A stretch of DNA of 63,929 nt, filler included, from Octopus bimaculoides (lineage: Eukaryota), in the NCBI RefSeq assembly GCF_001194135.2. It is 7 parts of 6 records of this genome, joined end to end, with 100 filler letters (N's around TTAATTAATTAA, not from the genome) between each part and the next. Parts side by side here need not be neighbours in the genome. Positions count along the whole stretch, not along the records: positions 1 to 20,334 come from NC_068989.1; 6 more parts are not named here. One strand, given 5' to 3'. Positions 1-11,885 of the stretch are shown in pieces (the first letter of the stretch is position 1; every line of letters starts with the position of its first letter). The position numbers and the translations under genes were made by a program. Under the pieces are notes generated by a model, which was not told the DNA's origin, did not search any database, and was given only the letters and a program-made list of their open reading frames with translations.

Positions 1-258
1 TTGTGTGTTTGTTGACTGATAAGTTTGTTTATATCATGTAATGACCTGGGTATGTGTAATGCTTGTCTATTTGTGTGTTGAGGGAGTTCAGCATGAAAGC
101 ATGTATCTTTTATGCTTAAAGTTAGTATGATGTATATAGTTAATGTTCATGTTCAGAGAAGGAAACCTATCCAGGTTGAAGTGGCAAAGTAGGCAAGGGG
201 TCCTCTTTGAAATATCTGAGTGTAAAATATTGTTCAGATAATTCTTTTCTTTCTTTAA

Positions 259-1535
259 CCCTTTAGTGTTCAGATTAATTTGTCAAATGTAATGCTTATC
301 TGTTCACATTAATTAACAGGTGAGACAAAGGTGAATACAGGTGTGTAACATACTGAAAATTAATGTGTATTTCTCACTTTCACATATTATTTATATTAAA
401 ATGAAAAGGAATATACGATAAAATAATACAGTTACAAAATAATATAATTTCTGTCATGAAACTGCCCAAAGCACTCTTTACACAAGGGCACTTTGCAAAA
501 GGAACACCTATCTCAATCTGATATCTTTTTGCAGTTTTTCTCTTTTGCAACGAAGACAGTCTGCAAACATTTTTTCTTCCATTTATCTTTGCGACTTTAT
601 GGAAGTCAATATTCTCTCTGTTGTCATCCACCTCAGTTAATTTTGCTTTTCTCCCAGTTCTGTGCTTTCTAGAAGAAAAGCCCTCACATAACTGAGATGC
701 GATGTCGACCCGAAATTTCAAATGGTCGTAGTCCTTTGGTGGCAAAGGTACCTTGTGGCTTTTTACATATACAATATATGAATTAACTATAGTTAAATTA
801 ACTAAAAACCACAAAATGTACCTCCACCATTTCTTCCCAGGTCGACCAACTGAGTAATATGCCCGATGTTGGTCAGGTTTATCAACCCCACCCATATATT
901 CACTAGAGGTTTCCCCTCAGCACCAACACCAGATTGTTCATTAGAAGACAGAAATAAAATCTGCCTTTTGTCTTTGAAAGCAGTAGCTAATAAATTTTCC
1001 TTTTCCTCTTTTGTTTTAAACTTTGTTTTCATTTCACAGGGTAAACTTTTGTGGTTTCCCGTAACTACTGCACGTGTAAGTACTTACACAGGCAAGATTT
1101 TCTGCCAAAGCCACTGAAGAAAAAAAAAAACGGTCAAAACAGAGGTGTCAGTGCTGATGGTGAAATGGTTCAGTAAGAGACCATACTACATCATGTTCCA
1201 ATCCATATGGTCTGTTTCCATAATATTTTTTACCTGTAAACATCGACGTTTACACAATATCTAGTGTCTGATCCACAAACTTCCAACACCTTATTCCCCA
1301 TTTTACGAAAATGTACTCTGCTCTTATCGCCTATCATGGCTTTATCTACACTGAGATTTTCCCAGGTAGATACAGTTTTATAACTATTAAGGAGTAAATC
1401 AATTACAGGATGTACTTTGTATAGGGGATCGTAGTTTGGGTCATTTTTGCTGGGGACATTAGCAGAATCAGTTAAATGTAAACACTGAGATATTTTCGAA
1501 TACTTCGTCTTCAACATTATACTTAAGATACATGG
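259..1535 (-). mobile_element. piggyBac transposon relic: 3' two-thirds of a frameshifted transposase plus intact right terminus
   Basis: Minus-strand peptides KISQCLHLTD..DPLYKVHPVIDLL..LSVDKAMI (1230-1517), HLCFDRFF (~1130), FKDKRQILFLSS (~950) and MGGVDKPDQHRAYYS..KKWWRYILWFLVNL (~740-895) are piggyBac motifs in the expected order, followed by a decayed Cys-rich tail. The terminus is TTAA|CCCTTTAG at 255-266. Confidence 0.9.
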
Positions 1536-2200
1536 ATCACTGTTTTCAAACGATGAAGTTGCTCACAGTAAACATTAGCATTAATTGTTTGGTTGTTGTC
1601 CAACAGTTCGTAATGGATTACAACTTTAATATCCTACCATACACTCAACATGATTTTCTTTGGATGAAGTCCTGCTCTTGGTTGTTGAACTGGCCGTCCT
1701 CCTTGACTGATCCAAAAACGGCGGCATTTAACATTATGGTAAATAATCCACTTCTCATCACCTGTAACAAGCCTGTCTAAAAATGTTGCTTGAAAGTGTT
1801 GCGAAAGCAATGATTGACAACAGGTAGCATGGAGACAGCCTGTGAGGGACCCATTTTCCAACCACTGAAATCTTTCCAATGTGTTTTAGCTGGCGTACCA
1901 TGGTTGTATGGGCCACGTTTAACTGCTCTGCAAGTTCCCTAGTGGTAATGGTAGGGTTCTCTGAAACAAGAGCTTCCAGCATTTTGGAATCAAGTTTTTG
2001 GGGACGATCCTCTTTTGGTTCCTCTTTCAAAGTGAAATCACCGTTTCAGAAATGGGAAAACCACCTCCTGCAACTTCTTTCATTCACTACATTATCTCCA
2101 TAAGTGCTCTGAATAGATTTTGCTGCCGCACTTGCATTAACACCTTTATGAAACTCTTAGAGTAAAACATTTCTTATGTGATCTTTAGATGGGAAAAAAC
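1536..2200 (-). mobile_element. mariner transposase relic (5' part: HTH to first catalytic Asp region)
   Basis: Peptides DHIRNVLL*EFHKG..RSCRRWF, GKWVPHRLS (WVPHEL motif), FLDRLVTGDEKWIIY and LHPKKIMLSVW, interrupted by stops and frameshifts. It is truncated at ~1536, where the piggyBac sequence begins. Confidence 0.9.
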
Positions 2201-2303
2201 ATGGTGGTAAAATTTTCTGAGAATTATGGTCAGAAGTTAAATAATCTGAAAGAAAATAGTACAAATTAGATGCAGAGATATCTTAAAACTATAAGAAGAT
2301 ATA

Positions 2304-2425
2304 GACCCCGAAAGGATGAAAGGTAAAGTCGACCTCGGAAAAATTTGAACTCAGAACGTAGCGGCAGACGAAATACCACTAAACATTTCGCCTGGCGTTC
2401 TAACGATTCTGCCAGCTCGCCGCCT
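2304..2425 (-). mobile_element. tRNA-derived SINE, family B (head GGCGGCGAGCTGGCAGAATCG)
   Basis: Minus strand shows an A box (TGGCAGAATCG), a B box (GAGTTCAAAT) and the body GAGGTCGACTTTACCTTTCATCCTTTCGGGGTC, which recurs about 9 times in the window. Confidence 0.85.
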
Positions 2426-2849
2426 CGATAATAATAAAAATAACGATGATGATGATGATGATGATGAATAACAATTCACTATTATTATGAAAGCATAACG
2501 TAGAATCTAGAATTGCAGACTAACGGAAAAAAGAAATACTCGTAGTAAATAATGCAAGAATGAGACGATGAGTAATAGCAATATAATACAAAAATTTCCC
2601 TCCCTCCAGTCACCATTGTCATTTACATGTCTGCAATTCTAAACAAAAGATTTATCGAATAAAACAATGAAATAATAAAATTAGACATGCTTTTGTAATT
2701 ATATTAGTACTTAGGCGGTGCTCCAGATTTTCCTTGGCCCTGGTGGCTAAACTAAATTAAAGAAGGAGAAAAAAAGTTAATTTGGCAATTTAATGAGCAG
2801 ACATTCTTACACTTGAAGTTATTCTATAATGCTTTCGATATTAAATCAA

Positions 2850-3400
2850 CAACAGCAAGAACAGCAACATGAATAGTATCAGAAGCGACATATGCAGCAG
2901 CAGGAACCAGTACAGCAACAACAGGAACCACAACAGCAACAGCAGCAGCAGAAGAAGTAGCAGGAGCAGCTGCAGCGGAAAGAATATTTGAAACAACAAC
3001 TAGAAAAGTAACATTAACCAAAAAAAAAAAAGAAAAAGAAGAAAAAAATGAAAAGGAAAAAGGAAAAGAAAAAGGAAAGGATAAACAACATCGAAAACTG
3101 CAACGACTACTGAAACAATAATACAAACGACGGCTATAGCAGCAACAACAACAAAAACAGCGATAACAGCTGTAAGAAGGTTAGAAGCAACAACCACAAC
3201 AATAACTAGATACAAGAGCAGCAACAGGTACAACAACAATGATAAAACATTGATAGCATCAACAACAACAACAACGACAGTAGAAACACTATTGGAATCT
3301 ACGACAATAATGGCTAGAATAATTACAACATTGACAAAACACAGCAAAAATATCATAAGATTTAATAAATGTAGTAAAGAAAAAAAAAAGAAAAACTAAT
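2850..3400. repeat. Low-complexity CAA/CAG/AAG trinucleotide-rich tract
   Basis: Directly visible. It explains the Val/Ala-rich ORFs 2824-3126 and 3000-3356. Confidence 0.85.
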
Positions 3401-4039
3401 GTTTTATGAACTATATTGTTGCCACCGTTGAATAAAAAAAGCGAGGTACATTTAATGCTCCTCTGCCTCGTAAAAATGAAATGAATACAGAGCGGAAATC
3501 CATCACCAAGGGTAGAATAGCATCACTATGGCTGCTGTGTCACCAGAATTAAATGGTTTTACAGCCATCAGCTTCTGACGGAGCTCGGTTCTCTTCAGAA
3601 GACAGAACAGAGCAGATAGCTTGGCGTAAACATGTTCACAGACACGGAAATACTCCTGCACACACACGCACACGTACGCACTCACGCACGCAGTCACGCA
3701 CGCGCGCGCGCGCGCGCACACACACACACACACACAGTTGCACACACACACAGTTGCACACACACACAGTTGCACACACACACAGTTGCACACACACAAG
3801 CAAACTTAGAGGAAAGATATATGATTAAATGGCGCCATATAACTGACATACGAGAGTCATATTTGTCGAGATCTCCTTAGCAAAGATTTATTGGTCCGTA
3901 AATCTCTGAATCCGATTCTATGAATGTGAGGAGAACAGGAGTTCTGTGGGTGGATCGGAAAGAGGCGGAAGGATGGATTGGGCAGCACATAATATGCTGA
4001 GAAGTCGACTGTTCCTCTTGTCACCGTCATTGATATGTA

Positions 4040-6110
4040 TGTTGGCTAACACACTTTACTGTCAATAACATAGTACCACAGTTCGTAGTTCACTCTGCTA
4101 ATGTGACAATGACCGAGTCAATTTAATTGACAGCAACGAATCTACCTAGTTATAAAGAAGTACCACAGTGTGGCAGGGTTCAGTTTAGAACTTTCACTAT
4201 GATCAAGATACCTAACTCTTAACAGTATAGACTACCTAATTAGAATGTACTTCAGGGTGTAGCTCACGCTGGTATATGACAATGATTAAAACACTTAGCT
4301 GTAACAATTAGTCTACTTAGTTGTAAGTTCCCCAGTATGGCAAGGTTCGATGTGGAGCCATCACTACGATCATGATACTTAACTGTCGACACTGCAGTCC
4401 ATCTAAATAAAAGTTACCACAGCGTGTAGCTCACCCTTTTATGTGAATATGATCAAAACACTTAGCTATCAGCAACTAATCTACTTAGTTGTAAGTACCA
4501 CAATATAGTAGTACTCAGTGTGATATTGTATATGATCAAGATCCTTAACTGTGAACGCAATAGATTACCTAAATATAAGTCGGTGCCACAAGATGAGGGT
4601 GTAGTTTCCTATGTTTCTATGTCCATGACCAAGACGCTTATTAATCAATAACCCAGTAAATCTCAAAATAAATAGGTATCAGATACGAGACTAGTTCAGT
4701 GTGTTATTGTGTCAATCACCAACATAGCTAACTGTCAGCAACCCATTCTACTGAGCTACTGGTACTGTCATTAATCTAATCCACCTAATTATATGCAGGT
4801 ACTGTAGTGTATACTTCAATGTGGTACTGTGTCCATAACCAACTCCCTAAGCCTCGTATACCTAGCTGCACTTAGGTACTATCGTGTGTACTTCACTGCG
4901 GTACCATCACCATAACCACCACACCTAACTGTCATGTACCTAGTATACCTAGCTATAAATAGATACTCACTATATCAAATGAAGTCATAGTTGGCTATCA
5001 ACGTGTGTCTGTGAAAAACGCATTTAACTATCCACAACCCACTCTAAAGCAAGTATTACAGTGAAGTACTGTGTCCATGAACAACTCAGTTGTCAACAAC
5101 CTAATATACCTAAATATAAGATACGTGGACAGAATACCGAATGCACTTTTACCGAAGGACAAGAAGCCGAACAGAATCAATGCCGAACGGACATAAAGCC
5201 GAACGGATAAAACGCCGAAAAGACTTACGAAAATTAAACTATATGATAATCATTTTATTCCTAGAATATGACCATCTGACAGACTAAAATGTAGAAAAAA
5301 TAGATACATAAAACCACTTTTTAAATAGGTTTCTTTACTGGATTTGCAATGTAAACTTACAAAAATAATGTAATCAGATGTTTATTTTAAAATTATTACA
5401 ATTGACATATTAAAATGTACAAGACAAAAATAAATAAGAGTGTTTAAAAATTGTGAGTCAAAGATCGTAGAAACGCCAATCTTTCTTTATTATAAGAACC
5501 ACAAATGGTTTTTATCCTATCGTTAATGGTATCATATTTTTTGTTAGGCTGTGATATGTCAATCCCTATAGTAGTCTGCTCAATTAGAATTTCATTGGAT
5601 GCCTGCTCATTTCTAATAACCTTTAGTAGTTTAGTGATTGTGGGATGAGTTACATAAAGTCTTTTTTAAAAGCCTGATGCCAGCCTTCAAGAGAATTGTT
5701 TGATCTCGGCAAATTATCATGAACTCAAGTGTGGCCATTAAACTACGTAGGGAGAATTTTTTTTTTATGATCATTTTTAACTATTTTTAATTTCATCAAA
5801 TCTTAAGTACCAATTGGTGAATTAGTCATTAAACTATGTGGGTAGGAATGATTTTTTAAAAATTATTATTGCGTTCGTTCGGCTTTATGTATGTTCGGCA
5901 TTGTGTCCATTCAGCTTCTCCGCTTTGGCTCCTTGTCCTTCGGCAAAGGTGCATTCGGCATCCTGTCGGCATACGAAGTATAAGTGAGTGCTTATACTGT
6001 GTGATACTGTGCGTATACTGTTGCGATACTGTGTCCATAACCAAGACACTTATTTGTCATCAGCCTCGTCTATCTAGCTATAAGTTGGTACGCAGTGGTA
6101 CTGCGTCTTT
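4040..6110. repeat. Degenerate ~84-bp tandem array (alternating ~168-bp dimer in its left part), split by a MULE insertion
   Basis: The motif ATGATCAA(G/A)A(T/C)AC(C/T)TA(A/G)CT recurs at ~4199, 4283, 4366, 4450 and 4532, and more loosely to ~5080. It resumes at 5985-6110. Confidence 0.75.
5121..5975 (-). mobile_element. Non-autonomous Mutator-like element (MULE) with a transposase C-terminal remnant
   Basis: About 100-bp imperfect TIRs rich in (A/G)CCGAA repeats. The 9-bp TSD is AAATATAAG (5112-5120) / AAGTATAAG (5976-5984). The internal minus-strand peptide LPRSNNSLEGWHQAF..HPTITKLLKVIRNEQ..KKYDTINDRI..FLRSL (~5445-5740) is a MULE DDE C-terminus. Confidence 0.85.
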
Positions 6111-7746
6111 TCAATTTTTTCCACCTTACAATTCCTTCCGCAATAACCACTTGACAGAGTAAAACTGCCGTACTCTCGTCCCAAGGAGAAGTAACTGGAC
6201 GACTCTCGCAATGGATTCAGCTAAGAACTGAAGCAGTCCTACGCGTGGCAACAACTGTTTGGCATTACTCCTCAAGTCGGCAATGCTCAGACACTAGACG
6301 AGACCCAAGAGAGCTGTTTCGTAAACCAGCGCACATCTTGAATACATCCAGCTGATTGCGCTTCTGTATCTGTAGAACTTACCTGAAACCGGCAATGGTC
6401 AACTATTACCCACTAGCATTATGGACATAGCTAATTGTCTGAAAATCCTCGAAAATAGGCCGAGTTTGGAACTGTGTACATTGAAAGACAAACCCATGCA
6501 TTTCAGTGGATCGGGGGACCAAAAGCCGAGACTTCGTTAGAACTTGTAAGAAAATTCGAATAGTGGTCGCGAGCAGGATTGCAGTTTGAGAGAAAGTTGG
6601 ACCCAAAAAATTAAGCCGAAGTAGCTGACGCTTTCATCATTTCGTTAGAGTACTACCGCTTGGATTTTGTATCATATTTCAGAAAACATCTGACCAGAAT
6701 TTAGTGTATGCCTTTGGATAGAGACAGGTTTTGCTGGGTAAGAGATGAATCTGTTGCCAATTACCATCCCGAGTGAGGAAAGGATCTCTCGGGATTTTAC
6801 TATTGATGATACAAAGATATACTTTGAGGCTGACACATACACAAAGGTACATGACCAACGACGACGACGTTCATTACTGTAAACAGATGTGTGGTCGTCG
6901 TTCATGTTAAATGTTTGCTGGTAGGTCATCTCTTTGACCGAGTTTCAGTCAATGTTAGTGAAATATAGAGCAAGTCTGAGCATTTGACATCTGGAAAGTT
7001 GCTAGGCATCCATACACTGTACCAGTTAGATAGTGCAGTCATCGATACAACAAACCTCATCCCTTTGCGTTTTATACAGGTTTCAAATGCGTGGCTTAGT
7101 GGTTAGAAATGTTAAAAACATGATGAAGTCGAGAGTTCGATCCCTGGAGAGTTCGATCAGCTGAACATGAAAACCAGTCTAGTACTAGTGCTGAACTTTC
7201 TCCCTTCAGCTGTCATATACACTCTGTTCCGCGCGATGGCTCATGGTGAGAGTGCCGAGAGGGTAATTTTACTCGCGACTGGATCAGGATCTAAAACAAT
7301 TACTGAAAGTTAGTTACATGCTACCATTTCATGTTCGTTACCAATCTAACCCGCTTGCGAATGACAACACTTGGAAGGTATAAATGGCGAGGAGTCACCG
7401 CGTCGTTATGGAGAGTCTAAGAAGACTTGTCAAGAGGACTGAGAAGTCTAGGATATTGGAGAACAACATCCTCTTTTCACTTTAACCAACTAACCAGATG
7501 GACGTATGAGCTAATCCTGATGATTCAACTTCAGATTCAACAACAAATTCCTTAGACAAATTAAACGTAAACACATATATCTGAGAATCGGCAACTAACA
7601 CGCAGTAGAACTTAGGTAATTAATTGCATATACACATGTTTAAAACAATGACTCAGCGAATACATTTGGCAGCAGCTGGCGGAAAATGAAAATGTATGAC
7701 GCATTTTTTCATACCGTAAGCCGCAGAAAATCGAATACGAAAGCGC

Positions 7747-7885
7747 AGTAGCTTGCTTACCAACCACATGCTTCCAGGTTTAGTCCCACTGCGTGGAACC
7801 TTGGGCAAGCGTCTTCTTTTATATCCTCTGACCGACAAAAGCTTTGTGAGTAGATTTGGTAAACGGAAACTAAAAGAAGCCCGTC

Positions 7886-7941
<56 letters not shown>

Positions 7942-8150
7942 ATGTATATGTCTGTGTTTCACCCCATCGCTTAACAGCTAATGTTGGTGTGTTTATGTCC
8001 CCGTAACCAAGCGGGTCGACAAAAGTGACCGGTAGAATAAGTACTAGGCTTACAAAGAATAAGTCCTGGGGTCGATTTGTTCGACTCAAGGCGGCGCTCC
8101 AGCATGGCCGCAGTCAAAATGACTGAAGCAAATAAAAGAATAAATAAAAA
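7747..8150 (+). mobile_element. tRNA-derived SINE, family A (5'-truncated)
   Basis: Matches the full copy at 35393-35798, including the internal (TA)n and the 3' end GGCGGCGCTCCAGCATGGCCGCAGTCAAAATGACTGAA. Confidence 0.9.
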
Positions 8151-8255
8151 AGAATTCGAACCTGTACCAGATGGGATATTTATGAGTATGAATATATGTA
8201 TGCGTCTATGTATGTATCTGTATGTGTGTGTGTGTGTGCGTGCGTGTGCGCGTAT

Positions 8256-8328
<73 letters not shown>

Positions 8329-8530
8329 AAGGCACGTGGGCGAGTGGTTAGAGTATTGTGGCGTCGTGGTGACAATTCCCAGATTGGCAGTGCGATGTGT
8401 TCACGAGCAAATACTTCATTTCACGTTGCTCCAGTCCACCCAACTGTAAATGGGTAACAGTGCTACGGACAGACATTTGGTGCAATAGAATGGCACCTTT
8501 CGAAGCGTATTGTGACCAGCGGTGTATAAC
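8329..8530 (+). mobile_element. tRNA-derived SINE, family C (decayed)
   Basis: Head GGCACGTGGGCGAGTGGTTAG and body ACTTCATTTCACGTTGCTCCAGTCCAC are shared with 8581-8718 and 56900-57208. Confidence 0.7.
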
Positions 8531-8580
8531 AACGCCCTACAGTCTGGTCTTTAAAGTGATATGTGTATGTGTGTGTGTGT

Positions 8581-8718
8581 CACAAGATTACTCATGTTTG
8601 CTAGCTGAGTGGTCTGAAGCAATGAGAAATGAAGTGTTTTGCCCAAGAACACAACGCTCAAGAACCACAACTTTACGATCATGAGCCCAACACCTTAACC
8701 ACTTAGCCACGTGCCTCC
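8581..8718 (-). mobile_element. tRNA-derived SINE, family C
   Basis: Reverse complement reads GGAGGCACGTGGCTAAGTGGTTAAGG...CAAAACACTTCATTTCTCATTGCTTCAGACCACTCAGCT. Confidence 0.75.
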
Positions 8719-9637
8719 ACTGTGTGTATGCGTGTGTATATGCGTATACATAACACATGCATATATGTGTGTGTGCGTGCGCGCACGTGTATATATATAT
8801 ATATATATATATATTGTTTGATATTGGTATGTAGATTCCATACAGGACTTTTAGTTTCTATGTCAACAATTCGATGATCGCTACACAGCTGAACACATAC
8901 AGGTACCTGTATCAAAAAATAAGTATAGTCTTCTGTCACACGTAGTTGGTCGAAATATATATTCATGTGTGAGTGTGTAAGTGTGTATGTATGTATTTAT
9001 ATTTGTGTGTGTATGTGTGTGTGTGTGCGTGTGTATGTGTGTAGTATGGTTAGATCTCGCCAAAGACTACCAAAATGTGCCCCATTAACTCACCCGAAGT
9101 GCACTAGAGGACCACTACTAAATAGCAATAACAGTAATCGAACTCATAATGTCATACATATATATTCGCTGAAGATGAGATTCACCGTGGGTAAGTTCAC
9201 CACCAAATAGCAGAGACTAGAGAAGGGAATTATGGAACACCGGGATCCTTTGTGTGTTGCTCTTAAACTTACTATTTAATATTTGAAGTAGAAAGAAAGC
9301 AGCCGAGAAGACCTGTAACTGATGACAACACAAGGTATTCAGACATTGAAATCCCAGCTGTTGGCACGGGAATGTTCACACCATTGCGATGGTTTTGTCT
9401 ATTACCAAAGGACGAGCTTGCACTATCTCCAATTCCTGCAGTTTCTGCATGGGATNNNNNNNNNNNNNNNNNNNNNNNNNNNNNNNNNNNNNNNNNNNNN
9501 NNNNNNNNNNNNNNNNNNNNNNNNNNNNNNNNNNNNNNNNNNNNNNNNNNNNNNNNNNNNNNNNNTATACATATATTAGAAATGATACATTTCTAAATCT
9601 CCGAGAGAGACTTAAGCAGCAGTATTACGATAAAGTA

Positions 9638-9981
9638 GTTGTATACTGTCAACTTAACGTGACAGTCTCAATAAGGGAATCATACTGTTGCTATTTAGCC
9701 CTAGGAAGCTGCACCGCTTCCTGTCGGCCTTGACACATTTCCTGTGTCCTTATGTTACGAGGGGGAGACAAGCACCTCCACCCAAGAATGACGAGCAAAA
9801 ACTCAGAAACATGTCCCTGGATGCAGGCTTGGCTGGGTGGAGGTGCTTGTCTCCCCATCGTAAACATAAGGACACAGGAAATGTGTCAAGGCCGACAGGA
9901 AGTGGTGCAGCTTCCTAGGGCTAAATAGCAGTAGTATGATTCCCTTATTGGGACTGTCACGTTAAGTTGACAGTATACAAC
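9638..9981. mobile_element. Young foldback/MITE with ~147-bp near-perfect inverted arms and a 49-bp spacer
   Basis: 9638-9784 is the reverse complement of 9834-9981 with only a handful of differences. The right end runs into an N gap. Confidence 0.85.
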
Positions 9982-10556
9982 NNNNNNNNNNNNNNNNNNN
10001 NNNNNNNNNNNNNNNNNNNNNNNNNNNNNNNNNNNNNNNNNNNNNNNNNNNNNNNNNNNNNNNNNNNNNNNNNNNNNNNNNNNNNNNNNNNNNNNNNNNN
10101 NNNNNNNNNNNNNNNNNNNNNNNNNNNNNNNNNNNNNNNNNNNNNNNNNNNNNNNNNNNNNNNNNNNNNNNNNNNNNNNNNNNNNNNNNNNNNNNNNNNN
10201 NNNNNNNNNNNNNNNNNNNNNNNNNNNNNNNNNNNNNNNNNNNNNNNNNNNNNNNNNNNNNNNNNNNNNNNNNNNNNNNNNNNNNNNNNNNNNNNNNNNN
10301 NNNNNNNNNNNNNNNNNNNNNNNNNNNNNNNNNNNNNNNNNNNNNNNNNNNNNNNNNNNNNNNNNNNNNNNNNNNNNNNNNNNNNNNNNNNNNNNNNNNN
10401 NNNNNNNNNNNNNNNNNNNNNNNNNNNNNNNNNNNNNNNNNNNNNNNNNNNNNNNNNNNNNNNNNNNNNNNNNNNNNNNNNNNNNNNNNNNNNNNNNNNN
10501 NNNNNNNNNNNNNNNNNNNNNNNNNNNNNNNNNNNNNNNNNNNNNNNNNNNNNNNN

Positions 10557-10616
<60 letters not shown>

Positions 10617-10624
10617 GCAGGATT

Positions 10625-11885
10625 ACTAGGATTTGATCAGTTTAGCTCACAGATATTTTAATTGATTTTCTCAAACTAAACAGTTTGAAACTTCGTAATC
10701 TCGTAGAATTTCTCATGCAGAACACGGCTTACTTTGAACATTTTATGACAAAATTTCGCATTTTAGAAGTTATTTCGTGTTAAAGTTGTATTTAATTAAT
10801 TTTACCCAATCAACGACGTGTAATCAGTTGAAGAAAGCTACTGCAGTTTGCAATAATAATCTAAGAGGAACAACTAGATCATCTCTACTAAATCTCACCA
10901 CTCTGTTCTGTTCGTTTGTCGATCGAAGATGATGCCACCTTTATCCTTTCTTCCTTCCTAATCAGCACCGCGCATTCATTTTCTTTTTCCCTCTCTACAG
11001 ATAGACAGCCACTTCTACACTATCAACTAGCAACCAGTGAGCGAACTTGTCACTGCTACTATAATTACCCTATTTTCCGGTGTATAAGCTGCTGTTTCCT
11101 ACCTGGAAAATTTAGAGTGCGGCTTATAGAAAGGCGCGCCTAATATGTGTACTTTTTTATAAGTTTCAGGAGGAAAATAATTTGTGTATGGAGATCGAAT
11201 GATTCCATTGATTTTTTCAGAGGAAAGTTAGGCTGGTGAACAACGTGAAAGGCTACTGCTACAGTACATTGGTGCCTTGAAGAAAACAAAGACTTTTATA
11301 TTGACGAAATGTGTTTGTTGCTGATTATGGTTCAGATAAAATCATAGTTGTAAAATAAGGCATTTTGAAACTACATACAAATCAACAACAAAAAAGTTAG
11401 CTCTATTGGTTTTTAAACACCAGTGCGGATAAAACACCGATGTCGGGTAACAAATAAATATGTATTGATAGTATTCCTTCCTTCTTGATGTTGATTCTTC
11501 GATGTTTACTGGTTACTCCGGTGCGAGAACCAAAAATACAAAAAGCGTGTAACATGCAATACAGGCAGTAAACAATAGATAAAATAGAACAGAGTGATGA
11601 CATTTCGTAGAGATGAACCCGAAGTTGTTCCTCTTCGATTACTATTGCAAACAGCAGTAGCTTTCTTCAAATGAATACACGTCGTTGATTGGTTGAAATT
11701 ACCCAAACACGACAACCTAAACGCGAAATAACTTCTAAAATACGAAATTTTGTCAAAAATGTTCAAAGTAAACCGTGTTCTGCGTGAGAAATTCCACTTG
11801 TATACGAAGTTTCAAACTGTTTAGTTAAAAAAAAAACATAATAATTTTAAAAATCTGTGCCTCAAACTGAACAGATCCGATTGCT
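10625..11885. mobile_element. Non-autonomous DNA element with ~290-bp long inverted arms
   Basis: For example CCAATCAACGACGTGTAATCAGTTGAAGAAAGCTACTGCAG (~10806-10846) pairs with CAGCAGTAGCTTTCTTCAAATGAATACACGTCGTTGATTGG (~11652-11692). The arms span ~10625-10912 and ~11583-11885 around a non-coding interior. Confidence 0.8.

Noticed and set aside
4040-5120. 84-bp period equals the 28-codon C2H2 zinc-finger repeat
   Set aside because: The units I translated show stops and no C-x2-C/H-x3-H or TGEKP pattern.
6150-7000. GC-richer stretch with patchy protein-like translation (IERQTHAFQWIGGPKAETSLELVRKFE*)
   Set aside because: It may be an old retroelement fragment, but I found no diagnostic motif and the frames contain stops, so it cannot be assigned without a search.
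9315-9360. CTGATGA...GAAA spacing resembling a hammerhead core
   Set aside because: No convincing stem I, II or III pairing around the core.
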